64,000 nucleotides of DNA, from the NCBI RefSeq assembly GCF_006345805.1, contig NC_043003.1:45508001-45572000 (forward strand). Direction: 5' to 3'. This document shows, piece by piece, positions 37,109 to 50,347 of this stretch (the stretch's first letter is position 1; the number at the start of each line of letters is the position of its first letter). The DNA is from Octopus sinensis. Lineage: Eukaryota. The notes beneath the pieces were generated by a model. It made no database searches and was not told where the DNA came from. It saw only the letters and a program-made list of their open reading frames with translations. The translations under genes were made by a program, and so were the position numbers.

Positions 37109-39266
37109 GGAATGGGGGACGCTGAGCAATGAGGCAATATACTTCCTAAAATGATATTCGTTTTGTAATACTGTTACTGAACTGGACATAGATTAACTCC
37201 GAAATCTTTTGACAATTTATGATATATAATGTCACCAAACACAATTGAATATAACTGTATATATCTTTTAAATGGCTATCAGATTCTTTCACAATGTAAT
37301 TGCTTCAGTTTCAACGCATAATCTCAGATCAAATCAATTGTCAAGCAAGTACAACTCCTAAGATTTTTATTTCTTCCGGAATGACGAGACATTGTAAGTG
37401 AGAAGCGTTACGCGTTTCAATTTACCATTATTAAAGTATGAAAGAATTAATATTTGCATCGCAACTTAAGAGGCCAATAACAACACCATCAAATTAGTCA
37501 TCCCGCCTTCTTTTATAGCCACTTCATCTGACACATCTTACACAGAAGGCAGGATTCTTTGAAAGCTCACAAACCCCCTGCCGGGAGCAAATATTTCTCC
37601 ACTTCCAGAATATGTAACTAAAACAGCGATTTACCGTCTTTTCCAATTGACTATATTGCTGAAACTTCATAAACTTGGCTTTCCTTCTCGCTGAAGAGTC
37701 AATGGTTATTACCAACGTCACTTGGTATATTATATTTAAGGAGTGGAGGATTATTTTACAAATTTCTCCCGCTGGCAGTGTAATATTGGCGCCATTGATA
37801 CAGAGCTTGACTAAATGCTTTTATTCGTATATTTGTTCAGTGGCGAATTAAGTGCCTAGGGGTTCTAGCAACTACTATTATTCCTCCTTGATCGATATAC
37901 TGATACAAACAATTTGTCGCACTAGTACAAAGAAAAGCTATAATCAGCAGAATCAATAACAAAACATAACTTCTAATTATTTTACCACACAGGATGATTA
38001 ATAGTTAAAATAGTCCTAGATGAAACTTGAATATAGAGAAATTATGGTAAATATTGTAAACTGTTGTTGTAGATATGGTTTTCTTTCATTAAAACTGATG
38101 CTGAGAGTTCGTCTCACCACTCGAATTTCACGAGACTGCGGTCATCAGGCGAGACAATACATACATACATACATACATACATACATACATACATACATAC
38201 ATACATGCTTGCATTGTCATTTTCAGGTTTTCTCTCAAATAATATTTGCACAGCTATGCATTTATTCATCTTTGTAACTATTGCGACCGTTATACTTCAC
38301 GATATCTTTATCTGTTTTCCTTTAGTTAATGCGGCCATTAACTATGTGATTTCCTTTTTTTTTTTTATTCTTATACCCTACAAATACTTTTTCAAGTTTA
38401 TTTTATACGTTGATTTCTTTGCGGGATACATCAATTACTATAAGCTTTAATTTCCATCCTCTCTCTCCATCGCTACCTACTTCCTTTATCTTTACTCTTA
38501 TCCTACTGCCAACTCTATCTTCTTTACCCTTCAACTCCTTAACTTAAATTTCTATAATTATAAACCTATTCATTTTATATATTATAAAATCGATCTAGAA
38601 CGTTGATCTTTTGTCAATCTCTCTCTCCCTCTCTATCTCTCTATTTCTCTTTTCCACCACCCCATAAACTCATGCACATACACACAAAATATACCTTTTA
38701 TATTATTACCACATCATCCCTTTCTACTTCCGCATTCTCTTCGCTTCAACATTTGATATTTCACCATTTATATTTAAAATATTCCGTTTATATGAGAAAG
38801 TCTTAATTCTTGAAACAGTTATTTAAAAATGACTTCGCCCACTATTCTCTCCGGAGTATATTATTCACGCTATTAATAATTTGTCAATCATTCCATAAGC
38901 TGATTTAAACGAAACAATCAACCTTTCACCTCACACTACTTTTGTACATGCTGAAAGTTTCAAAGCGGTTAATTAAATGTAAATAAATCTCTTTAAAGAC
39001 TTCAAGTGCATTTTCAAATTCTCTTACTTTTATTTACTTTTATACTTCATCTCGTGTGAATAAAAACTATTTTCTTCTCTCTGTATGTGTGTGTGTTTAG
39101 ATACATAGATATATAGATAGATAGACATAAACACAGACATATGGGGGAACACAAGCAATGCATGTGTGCGCGTATAAGTGTTTCAGAAATGTGTACGACG
39201 ACAAAAAGCCAATGACTGGTGATTTACCAATGTAATATGATTAGATAATCTGTTCAGAATCGAGTT

Positions 39267-39301
<35 letters not shown>

Positions 39302-39759
39302 GTATATATATATGACGGCTTCTCTCAGAACGACCTGCTCAAATGATTTGCTTATAGTGATCAAATATTCATGTCGCATATTAGCTCAATCTCTCTCACA
39401 AAATCGATGTTGCTTGAAAAGGTGCACGATGTGCCACATGTCAGGTGTCGGAGTGCTTGCAGTGCAACGTGAAATGAAGTGTTTTGCTCAAGAACACAAC
39501 GCACCACCCGGCCTAGGAATTGAAATCACGATCGCTAGATGTGTGTGTGTATGTGTTATGTGTGTGTGTAGACATACATACATTGGTACTGTGTGAACTG
39601 AAAACCCAGTTGATAATCCTCGGTTATTAGACAAAGAGGTAACACTAGTTTCCTATAGCTACTGACATTTTCTAGTATATAAGCAGCTTGGTACTTTGTT
39701 TCTCTGTATCCTTTTATGCGTTTCAGCCCAGAGACTGTGGACATGTTGAGGCAACGTCA

Positions 39760-40350
39760 CTGTTATCACTTTTTTAATGTTATCACTTTTTTGGTGAAGG
39801 AGGGACCTTCGATACTTTTGACCTCTTTTGAGTTTCTTGCCGGGATGTAAGTTCATCTGGCATCTTTGGCAGCAGGAGTTGAAGTTTTTTCTTGAAAACG
39901 TCTATTGCTACTCCATGTAGATCTCTGATGTTTTGGAAAGGTATTAAATATGCTTAGACCTTTGAAACCTAAGCCATTGCAGAACATGGTCCTCAACTTG
40001 AGGCGGGATGTCTGGGGTGTTTGCAACAGTGCAGTGACATCCATTTCGGAGCTAGCATAGCTCTCGATACAAAAGTTTATGCCAACCCCTTCATGATTTT
40101 CCATTCATATATCACTGCATATGTTTCCCGTATTCACTCCAGGGAGCACAGCGGTAACTCTTTCAGATTTTCCCAGTAGGTCAGCTGTTCCATTGATGCA
40201 ATATTCCTGATGTAGCATCGCTAAACTACCTCAAGTTCTGCTATTAATTTCACACTATGCTTTGGAAGAGTATCTGTAGTGGATTTGCTAGATACCTTTT
40301 GCATTTCATTAGAAGGACTATTTGGAATGTATTTCAGGACATGTTGGGGG
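39760..40350 (-). pseudogene. CR1/L2-group LINE ORF2 3' end, frameshifted
   Basis: PKHSVKLIAELEVV*RCY...; INFCIESY...RTMFCNGLGFKGLSIFNTFPK, matching post-RT motifs (WSP...LE.IQR; F...G..LFN.LP). Confidence 0.7.
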
Positions 40351-40478
40351 ACTACCGATACATATGTATGAGTGATTGTATATATGCATGTATGCGTGTG
40401 TGCATGTTTCTTCGTCTGAGTATATATGTTTGTGTGTGTGTGTCTACTCAAACAATCGCATAGATTCACACACACACA

Positions 40479-40518
<40 letters not shown>

Positions 40519-40618
40519 AGATAATCCATTTCCACTTTGCAGCTTAGTTACACGAAAGATAAATAGGCATTTATTTCTGTATCAGTTTATCTGTTTATTT
40601 GAATTGTTCGTCTATCAT

Positions 40619-40654
<36 letters not shown>

Positions 40655-40708
40655 CCTAACTTATTCTCCAAAACACGCACAATGACACACACATACTCAC
40701 TCTTTCTC

Positions 40709-40743
<35 letters not shown>

Positions 40744-41176
40744 TCAGTTTACTCTTTCAGTTATTTTTCCTTATGTCCCACGCTATTTTTATTTGCAATA
40801 AATAGAAACAATTATAGGATGTGAAGGGGTAAGATAAGAAAAGAGCTGGATTTAAATTAAACTAGAATTGAATGGATAGCTAGATGTTAAATGGGTTATG
40901 GTAACAAATAAACTGCCCTAATCTAAGGCTTCAGGTATCTCTTCACATATGGAACACATTAACCCAGCAATGCAAACTGTCTCATTTCATATTACCAGCG
41001 TACCGACCAACACATCCCGTTCGTTGAATATCTTGCATGGCCGTTTTATCTCTTCATTTTTAGTTTTATTTTAATATACTTATGTATTTGTTCATTTTTC
41101 TCTTGCTTTCGATCTATGTCTACTCATTGGCTGTGTATGTATGTATCTCTATGCGTGTGCCTAATTCTCGACACAT

Positions 41177-41226
<50 letters not shown>

Positions 41227-41384
41227 GTGTATGTATGTATGTATATATAGGAGAGGCGTATGAACGTTTTTGAGCCTTCAAGGCCTTTGAGAATTTAAGT
41301 CTTGTGACCTCTTCAGAAGTCTTGTACTATGTTTTGTTTTTGTATTTTTTTGAGACTCAAGACTTTACATACATCCCTCTTATG

Positions 41385-41428
<44 letters not shown>

Positions 41429-43516
41429 TACACACACACACACACACACACAGACACACACACAAATATACCGATATGTGTGTGTGTGTATTCGTGCATG
41501 TATAAATGGGTGTTTCTTACATGACACGTTCATTGAATTTTATATATGTATGTATATGTGAACGTATGTGTTCAAAAGGTACACACCCTCTTAACAGAAA
41601 ATCTTAGACTAGATATGTTTCGCAATTATGCAAATCACATTTCACCTACAAGTTTGGCTTGTGTGTGTCTGTGTCTGTGTGTGTCAGTCTGTATGTATGT
41701 ATGTATGTATGTATGTATGTATACACACACACATACCTAAACATATATCTTCTCACTCTTATAAGTCTTCTCACTCTTATCTACTCATTTACTAACAATT
41801 AATCTCAACAATTTTCCATGACTTCCACAAATTCTACGGCTTGAAGTGTTTTATTGTTCTTGAAACACTAATTTTCTTCTCTCTCTCTCTATTTCCCTCT
41901 CTCTCTCCATACACATGTATGTACGTATTCCTAGGCTCATATTCATTCCTTGCACAGACTACAAGAATGCTGTTATGTGTCGTTCATCGTGATAAAATGT
42001 CTTCTTGGCGATCTAGCCATTGTTATATTTGTGTGAAACCTCACTTTTCAGTAATTCCATAGTGTACATCATTGTTTACATGATACAAAAATATTTTTGA
42101 CACAAATATGTCACTTAAACCGTTCTCGTTTTTCTCCCTAAACACACAAATCTTATTCCTGCAATTTCGCAGCTACGAACATAAGTGTCCTAAATTTGTT
42201 CTAGAATCAGTACAAGAATGGATTTAAAATCTGATTCCTGCTCATCTTTATCTATGTTTTATGTTACCTTACCCTTCATACAACGCTACTTAAGTTTGCA
42301 TAGGCATCATATCTATCCAGCACACGATTTACCTCCCCTTTTTTTCTTTTATATTTAAGGCCATGTATCGAGGACTACTTATTAACCATTAAAAATCCGT
42401 AGGATAAGAGTCGATAGGATTTATGTTTAAAAATCAGTAACATTAGTGTACAATATGAATTCTTGTGAACTACAAGACAAAACTTGGACGATGTTGCTTA
42501 AAACAGTCAAAATCTTTTGTTCTTCGGCAAATTTGATCTTGACTGAATTGGCATTCTAAAGTTTATGAACATTATGGATAAACTGTCAAAATTGGCAATT
42601 ATTGGAAAGATCACGTGTTTCTTTAGTTCCACCTTTCTCAGCATATGCATATATCAGGACTTATGTATATATCAGGACTTATGCATTTATCGGGACTATG
42701 AATACTCCGGTATGGTAAAGTTGACACATATACTTCGTGAGCCAATGCGATTTTTTTTCTTTTTTTGCCGCAACTGTTTAATAATCTGATGATTATTTTC
42801 TCTCACTAATTTGAATTAATTCTCAATAATTTTAATTAATTTATTGTAATTCACTAAATTTAATGTAACTTTAATCACTCAACATTTTTAGTCTCAATAA
42901 CGTATTTGAATATATGCTAATATTTCTTAATCTTTCATCGGTTCTGTTAACTAAAATATAAGCATTTAGACTAACCTCAACGTCACCTTTGCTTTTTGAA
43001 AAAATAGTAAACATATATTGTTACATATTTATTCTAACCGCACACTGAAAAGTAGGCCGAGTACTCACACATGTCGCATTATACATCCACTTCACAGTAA
43101 ACATATCCTTAGCATTCGAGGATTAACTTTCATTGAGAAAAACTCGAAAATTAATGATCCTTCGACGACGTTTTCCAAATTCTGCTAGAGACTGCTACAA
43201 CTTGCAGTCATTCGACCTACAACCACTCAATATTATTTATTATTATTTATATTATTTGTTATTTATTACAATAGTAATAAATAGTTGTTGATGCTACATG
43301 GCTGTGCTAATATATAAGAAATCAATAGTGTTATCAAAATAAGATAATGATACAAGATAAACGCAAGTAAATTAGTGGAGCCAATAGAGCATCGACGTGT
43401 GTGGAAAGATTCCACAGAGTTATGCAAATCACATTTCACCTACAAGTTTGGCTTACTCTATTCAAATTTGCTGGCTTTGTGCCTAAATTAGAAACCATTA
43501 TTATTGTTGTAGCAAG

Positions 43517-44140
43517 GGAGGCGAGCTGGCAGAATCGTTACCACGCTGGACGAAATGTTTAGCGCTATTTCGTCTGCCGCTACGTTCTGAGTTCAAATTT
43601 CGCCGAGGTCAACTTTGCCTTTCATCCTTTCGGGGTCAATTAAATAAAGTACCAGTTACGCACAGCGGTCGATATAATTGACATAATTCCCTTGTCTGCC
43701 TTTGTTTGCCCCCTCTGTGTGTAGCCCCTTGTGAGCAATAAAGAAATAAGAATTGTTACCACGTTGGACGAAATGCTTAGCAGTATTTCGCCTGTCGCAA
43801 CGGTGTGAGTTCCAATTCCGCCGAGGTCGACTTTGCCTTTAATCCTTTCGGGGTCGATGAATTAAGTACCAATAAAACACTGGGGACGATGTAATCGATT
43901 ATTCCTACCACCAACTTTCAGGCTTTGTGCCTGTAATAGAAAGGATTATTATTTTTGTTGTACTTGTTGGCCATTTCGTCTGTCTTTACGTGCTGAGTTC
44001 AAATTCTACCGAGGTTGACTTTGATTTCCATCACTTTGGGGTTGATAAAAAAAGCACCTGTTGAACACTGGTGTCGATGTAATTGATTAGCCCCTTTGCC
44101 GAAAATATCAAGCTTGCACCTGTAGTACAAAGGCTTATTA
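43517..44140 (+). mobile_element. SINE A array (43517-43748, 43749-43950, 43968-44140)
   Basis: Tail AATAAAGAAATA is joined directly to AGAATTGTTACCACG (head-internal site). Confidence 0.85.
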
Positions 44141-44226
44141 TTAAAATTAATTATTGCTAGTGCAGCAACAATAATGAATAACCAAACTCATTCTCCTCAA
44201 AGCTGGCGGTCCTGTGCCTAATCTAG

Positions 44227-44272
<46 letters not shown>

Positions 44273-44422
44273 ATATATATATATATATGTAAGTGGTAAT
44301 GGTGTCATTGAGACTCAAAGGTGTCAGATAATGCTAAGTGCTATAGACAGACCATAGTTAAGTTCCAGGTTCGGTAAATTTGCAAATAAGAGGTTCAACG
44401 TTGGATATATGTCAGCATGTGT

Positions 44423-44723
44423 ATATAAGATTTTTTTGCGTAATGAGATAAAAAAACCAAAGCTGTGTAGATATTAGAACATTTATAGATGGAAGGTCTC
44501 ATAGCTGTTTCTAGGATTTTACATATATTTTCTATCCTCCATCTCACTCTCTATTTTGTATCCTATCTAAACTAACTATTACTTAACCATCCTCTCATAC
44601 TCTTTCCAATGAAGGGATATAAGTAATAAATATCCTGGAAACAGCTGTGAGACCTTCTATCTATAAATGTTCTAATATCTACACAGCCTTAGTTTTTTTT
44701 TTTATCTCATTACGCAAAAAATT

Positions 44724-44730
<7 letters not shown>
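44423..44730. mobile_element. Inverted-repeat element (about 95-bp arms), Penelope-like
   Basis: 44423-44517 is the near reverse complement of 44632-44730; contains CCAATGAAGGGATAT...ATATCCTGGAAACAGCTGT. Confidence 0.75.
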
Positions 44731-44764
<34 letters not shown>

Positions 44765-45042
44765 GGTGCATATAGTTAATGGAAGAGTAGTTACCTGTAG
44801 TTGAAGTAGAATTAGGGGAGGTAATTATGCAAGGAAATACTGCAGAACAAGAAGAATGGAAAGAGAGTAATGAAACTGAGTTTAAAACGTTGATAATTCA
44901 GAGACGAAGAAGAGTTTGAGTGAGAAAACAGGAAGAGCGTCGTGGGGGTAGAAATTACGCTATAATACCATCACTGTAAAATCAATTTTAATTTTAAATG
45001 GAATCTTCCAAATTGTAGTATTTCTCTCTCTCTCTCTTTCTT

Positions 45043-45084
<42 letters not shown>

Positions 45085-45085
<1 letters not shown>

Positions 45086-45265
45086 ACAACAACAACAACG
45101 CGAGGACGTGGAACAAGTATAGTGTTATTGGACGCTCAGGAAAGAAAAGAAAGAAGGAGGATTTGACGTTTTGAGCGGAGCTCTTCGCCAGAAACATAGA
45201 AAAAGGAAAGATCCAAGGAAAGGTAGACGGAGGAAAAAAATCGCCAACGAAACACACACGGCCAC
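45085..45265 (-). mobile_element. Penelope-like repeat, second copy
   Basis: Aligns with 22255-22455; minus-strand motif GTTT-CTGGCGA-A-GAGC-TCC-GCTC-AAAAC-GTC-AAAT at 45195-45161. Confidence 0.6.
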
Positions 45266-45359
45266 ATATATATATATGTGTGTGTGTGTATGTGTGTGTG
45301 TGTGTATGTGTATGTGTGTATGTGTGTGTATATGCACATGTATATGTATGTATATGTAT

Positions 45360-45761
45360 GACTGTGTGGTAAGTAGCTTATTTACCAACCACATGGTTCC
45401 AGGTTCAGTCCCACTGCGTGGCACCTTGGGAAAGTGTCTTCTACTATAGCCTTGGGCCGACCAAGGCCTTGTGAGTGGATTTGGTAGACGGAAACTGAAA
45501 GAAGTCTGTCGTATATATGTATATATATATATATATATATATGTGCGTGTGTGTGTGTTTGTGTGTCTGTGTTTGTCCCCCCGCAACATCGCTTGACAAC
45601 CGATGCTGGTGTGTTTATGTCCCCGTTACTTAGCGGTTCGGCAAAAGAGACCGATAGAATAAGTACTGGGCTTACAAAAGAATAAGTCCCGGGGTCGAGT
45701 TGCTCGATTAAAGGCGGTGCTCCAGCATGGCCGCAATCAAATGACTGAAACAAGTAAAAGA

Positions 45762-45762
<1 letters not shown>
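45360..45762 (+). mobile_element. SINE B
   Basis: Family B head through ACTGAAACAAGTAAAAGAG. Confidence 0.9.
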
Positions 45763-45796
<34 letters not shown>

Positions 45797-47113
45797 CATA
45801 TATACATACATACATACGTATGCAATTATGCACCGATGATCTCACGAACGCACATACACACTCTCTCTCTCTCTTTCTCTACCCCCCCCTACACACGTTG
45901 ACTCATATTTGCTTGGGCGTAAACATTCACCCAGAAAGAAATACATTTATATTTTTTTTATGCACATGTTTACCCATGTTCAGTGACATTTACAAACACA
46001 TGTCTGTGTACACATAAACATAAATACCAATATCATTCTATTTTCAAACTTGCATTAAAATACAAATATAGTGAGTTAACAGGTTTATTAGAAAATGCTT
46101 TGCTTTTTATTCTTGCTTTCTGTACCCTATGTTGAAATCCTACTGGGTTCACCTTTAAAGTACCAGTTATATACGGCAGTCTATTTCTATTGCCCAATGT
46201 CTCAGAAACCACAACACTGCCCCATGTCTGTGTCTGGCAATGTCAAAGAAATTGAGACCCGGTTTTCATTTTCTTTTTAATCTACAGAGGGACAGGCAGA
46301 GCCTACCATACACCAAGGCGGCTACTGCAAATGATGATGATGAGGAAGAGGAGGAGGATATGATGATAATGAGGATGATCACGACGATGAAGACGTTAAC
46401 ATATTGGTTTCAAATTTTGGCACAAGGCCAGCAATTTTAGGGGTGGCTGTGAGTCGATTACATCGTCCCCAGTACTCAATGGGTCCTATTTTATCAATCC
46501 TGACAAAATATGAAATGTAAAGCTGACTCGGCAGAATTTGGATCAATGCCAGCTCACCGCCGTAAGATACTAAAATATTGGTTCCTTTAAGATACCATTT
46601 ATAATTGTTGGAATTCATAGGTTACTAGTATAATAGAATTGGTATAATGTCTCAGTAAATGAATTACAGTTTTTGTTAGAAAAGTTGGAATCTCGCTACT
46701 GGCATATTTTCTCCTTCATCTATCCAGAAAACTGTGACTTAAGTACAACAGGATTCGATATTCCCATTAGCATTTAAATAATATATAATGGTGTATATTT
46801 TTACCGATTAAAATTTCGTGTTTATGTACTTTTAAAAAATTATTTTGTTATTTTGTGATGAATAAACTTGTATATACGCTTGCATGAATGCATTGTTTTA
46901 TATATCCCGGGTAATTGTCATTTGTGAAAAGGGAGGTAATATCGACCATAAGTTGACACTACGTAATGAATCAATAGTACATTTCCAGAGGATCTGGAAA
47001 CAAGAAATAAATCGGGACGCTCCTAGTCATATCACTATTCGTTAAACTTTCATCTCATTTAAAGTTCCTGACTCAGTTGATGACGCATTTCAGTCTGCTA
47101 GGCAAACAGTATC

Positions 47114-47339
47114 TATTTCTTTACTACCCACAAGGGGATAAACATAGAGGGGACAAATAAGGACAGACAAATGGGTTACATCGACCCCAGTGCGAAACTG
47201 GTACTTTATTTATCGACCCCGAAAGGATGAAAGGCAAAGTCGACCTCGGCGGAATTTGAACTCAGAACGTAACGACAGACGAAATACCGCTCGGGATTTC
47301 GCCAGGCGTGCTAACGTTTCTGCCAGCTCGCCGCCTTTT
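47114..47339 (-). mobile_element. Young full-length SINE A (tail-1) with perfect 18-bp TSD
   Basis: TGCTAGGCAAACAGTATC at 47096-47113 and 47340-47357. Confidence 0.95.
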
Positions 47340-48566
47340 TGCTAGGCAAACAGTATCAATGAGATGCAGCCATCGGTATTTTATCTTTCTACTTGACGTA
47401 CAACTGAAAACTCGGAAGTCGTTGCTTCAAAAGCAATTTTGACAAAGTTAATAGCGGAGATCTATTCGATTCTATTGATCAGTCAAGTCTATCTTTTTTT
47501 ACATAGACTGGCAAAATGAAAAGAAATCCATGTCTTTTGAGTCGTTTTGTATATTGCATCTATTCATTCAGATATGCTTTCTATTAAAATGTTGTCTCGT
47601 GTCTAAAGAGACACCATTATTATATTTTATAAAGTGATTTAAGATGATGTGACTTTATCTTTCATAAGAACATTTACTATGCCGAAATAATGAGCGAAAT
47701 AACCTCCACACAGACCTTGGGATTAGTAGAAATCGCAGCCAAATCCCCTTCAAATCATACTTCACACTCTTTCAAAAGTGAATGCCACATTGGCTGATAA
47801 AATGCTATAGAGAATACCATTGTAAAAATCAAAAGAAAAGCGAAGCAGTACCTGCCGGAATGACTTTGCTCACTAGTCTGTTCGATTAGAGCCTATTTTA
47901 TTGACCCTGCGTGTCTTGAACAGACAGTTAATGGGCTTAATAAATAAGAGTCACGTTTTGTTTTAGCTAACTAAAAACTATTGGTTTCTATTATTCCACA
48001 GTATTTTAAGTCAGAAATATTTACTTATAGTAAGGAGTATTAATCTCCTGAATTAAAGTTGATTAGGCTTTATATGTGAGGCAAACGTAATTAAATAGTG
48101 GTTTATAAATAATGTTAATATCGCTAAAGGAAAGAGGATTCTTAAAGTTCTAACAGAAAATTTCTTTGGAGGGAAAAAAAAAAGACATCAAGTAGCTCTC
48201 CTACGTCGTTTGATGAACTGGAAGTTTACATTTAATGCATAACTTTGAAATGAACTAGTAAGAACTTCGAAGACTTTAAATGTGGTCGTAACTCATACAA
48301 GAAACAACAGATAGATTTCCCTCAAGTCTTACGCTACTGTCTGCGAAAGATACATACTGAATATTCTAATTGAGAAAATAAAAGGACATGTGGGTCACGT
48401 CCAGAATACCTTTCTTTAAAGGACTGCTCATTTAGGCTGGAAATAAATTATAAGAACGACAAGTATTAAAACATCCTAAATATATTGGTGCTATTCTACT
48501 TCTACAGAGTCACTAATAACTTCACATACCACAGACATTGCCTCACTCATCACCAGCAGCAGCGTG

Positions 48567-48945
48567 GAGGCGCAATGGCCCAGTGGTTAGGGCAGCGGAC
48601 TCGTGGTCAGAGGATCGTGGTTTCGATTCCCAGACCGGGCGTTGTGTGTGTTTAATGAGCGAAAACACCTAAAGCTCCGCGAAGCTCCGGCAGGGGGTGG
48701 TGGCGACCCCTGTTGTACTCTTTCGCTCCAACTTTCTCTCACTTTTTTTTCATGTTTCTTGTCCCCGACTTCCTACGCAACCGCTGAGCCTAGATGCGCA
48801 TTCATCCATCCGTCGATGCTCTCGGTGTCGGGGGTTGACCTGCTTTCTCTTCTGTGGGTCTTACGAATAGCAAAGGACCACGTTTCGGACTTCTCCCATC
48901 TTGCGAGCTCTGGGATGAAGACCGTTCACTCAACAGCAACAGCAG
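48567..48945 (+). mobile_element. SINE C with a long alternative 3' part ending in (CAA/CAG)n
   Basis: Family C head; sits between CAGCAGCAGC runs. Confidence 0.85.
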
Positions 48946-49073
48946 CAGCACCACCACCTCTACTATACACTACCACAACTATACTTTCACCTCAATATTA
49001 TTACTACCAATATGCCATTACCACCATAATCACAATTGATAGATGGATGGATTGACGGAGGTATGGATGGATG

Positions 49074-49115
<42 letters not shown>

Positions 49116-49301
49116 CTTTGACTTTCATCCTTTAGAAGTCGATAAAATAAGTAACAATAGAGAACTGGGGTCGAGGTAATAGACTATACTATTTACCCCG
49201 AAACTGCTGGGCATGAGCCAAAATTTGAAATTTATACATAGACATATATACATAAATATACATACATACACACACATATATATATACATATTCTATATAT
49301 G

Positions 49302-49334
<33 letters not shown>

Positions 49335-50347
49335 TTATATACGTACTTGTATACATATATATGTATTACATGGTAACAAGACACATGGGTACTCCACGGG
49401 GTACTTTATAATTAGTCTTCGCAAAGTATTTTTTCACCAGAATGCTAACTAAATATTCATATAAATTACTCATTATATAGGTATACAACATATTCTTTAG
49501 TTATGCAGACTTACATAATGTAATATATGATATGATATATGCGTGAGGGCGCGGCGAGGGCGTGTGTGTGTATGTGAATGTACAAAACCTAAGTATGGAT
49601 GTAAATATACATGCATGCATGCACACAAACACACAGATAAATATATGTGTGCGTGAGTGTATGTGTGTGTGTTTGATTGTGTATGAATGTATTGTGTATT
49701 CAAATGTATAATGAATATGTATATATTTATGAATACATGTATGAGTTGCACACATACACATACACATAAATATATGTATATTTAATGCCTATTTATGCAA
49801 AATGTATATACACGTATACTATATATATATTTTTTTTAATGAATATGTGTATATATAAATATATGAGTGAGTAGCTATGTGTATATATGTATTTTCTTTT
49901 GTATGTAAATGAATATTTTTATTTGATATACATTAATACAAAAAATATAATGGATATGTGCATATGTGTGTGTTTGTGTGTATGTGTGTATGTATGTATT
50001 CACGTATGTACTAACATACATTATTATATAAGATTCAACTCACATGGGATAATAGTCTATAAATATTAATTGAATCTGTAGACGCAGAAACGCATACAAT
50101 ATAAAACAGATTTGCACATCTTTGTTCTTTTTCCATTACGAACCTGAACTGACGGGCGTGTGTTTGTTTTACACGTCAGTAAAATTGTGAATTTGCAAAG
50201 ATGCGGGATTTGTGGTTAACTAAAATCAAAATATATATACTATAGGTATGAAATTAAATGCTGAATGCCATAAATCAAATTAACATATATTATGATAAAT
50301 GTTATGTTATTTACTTTCTATATAAATATTTTAATATTTATGAGCAT

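Noticed and set aside
37250-37800. Second hAT-like transposase relic on the minus strand (IAVLVTYSG, HSGRNK)
   Set aside because: Motifs are too short and broken to support a call without an alignment.
42646-42700. 18-bp tandem repeat x3 (also 23-bp x2 at about 57105 and 19-bp x2 at about 62142)
   Set aside because: Consistent with ordinary local slippage; no further structure.
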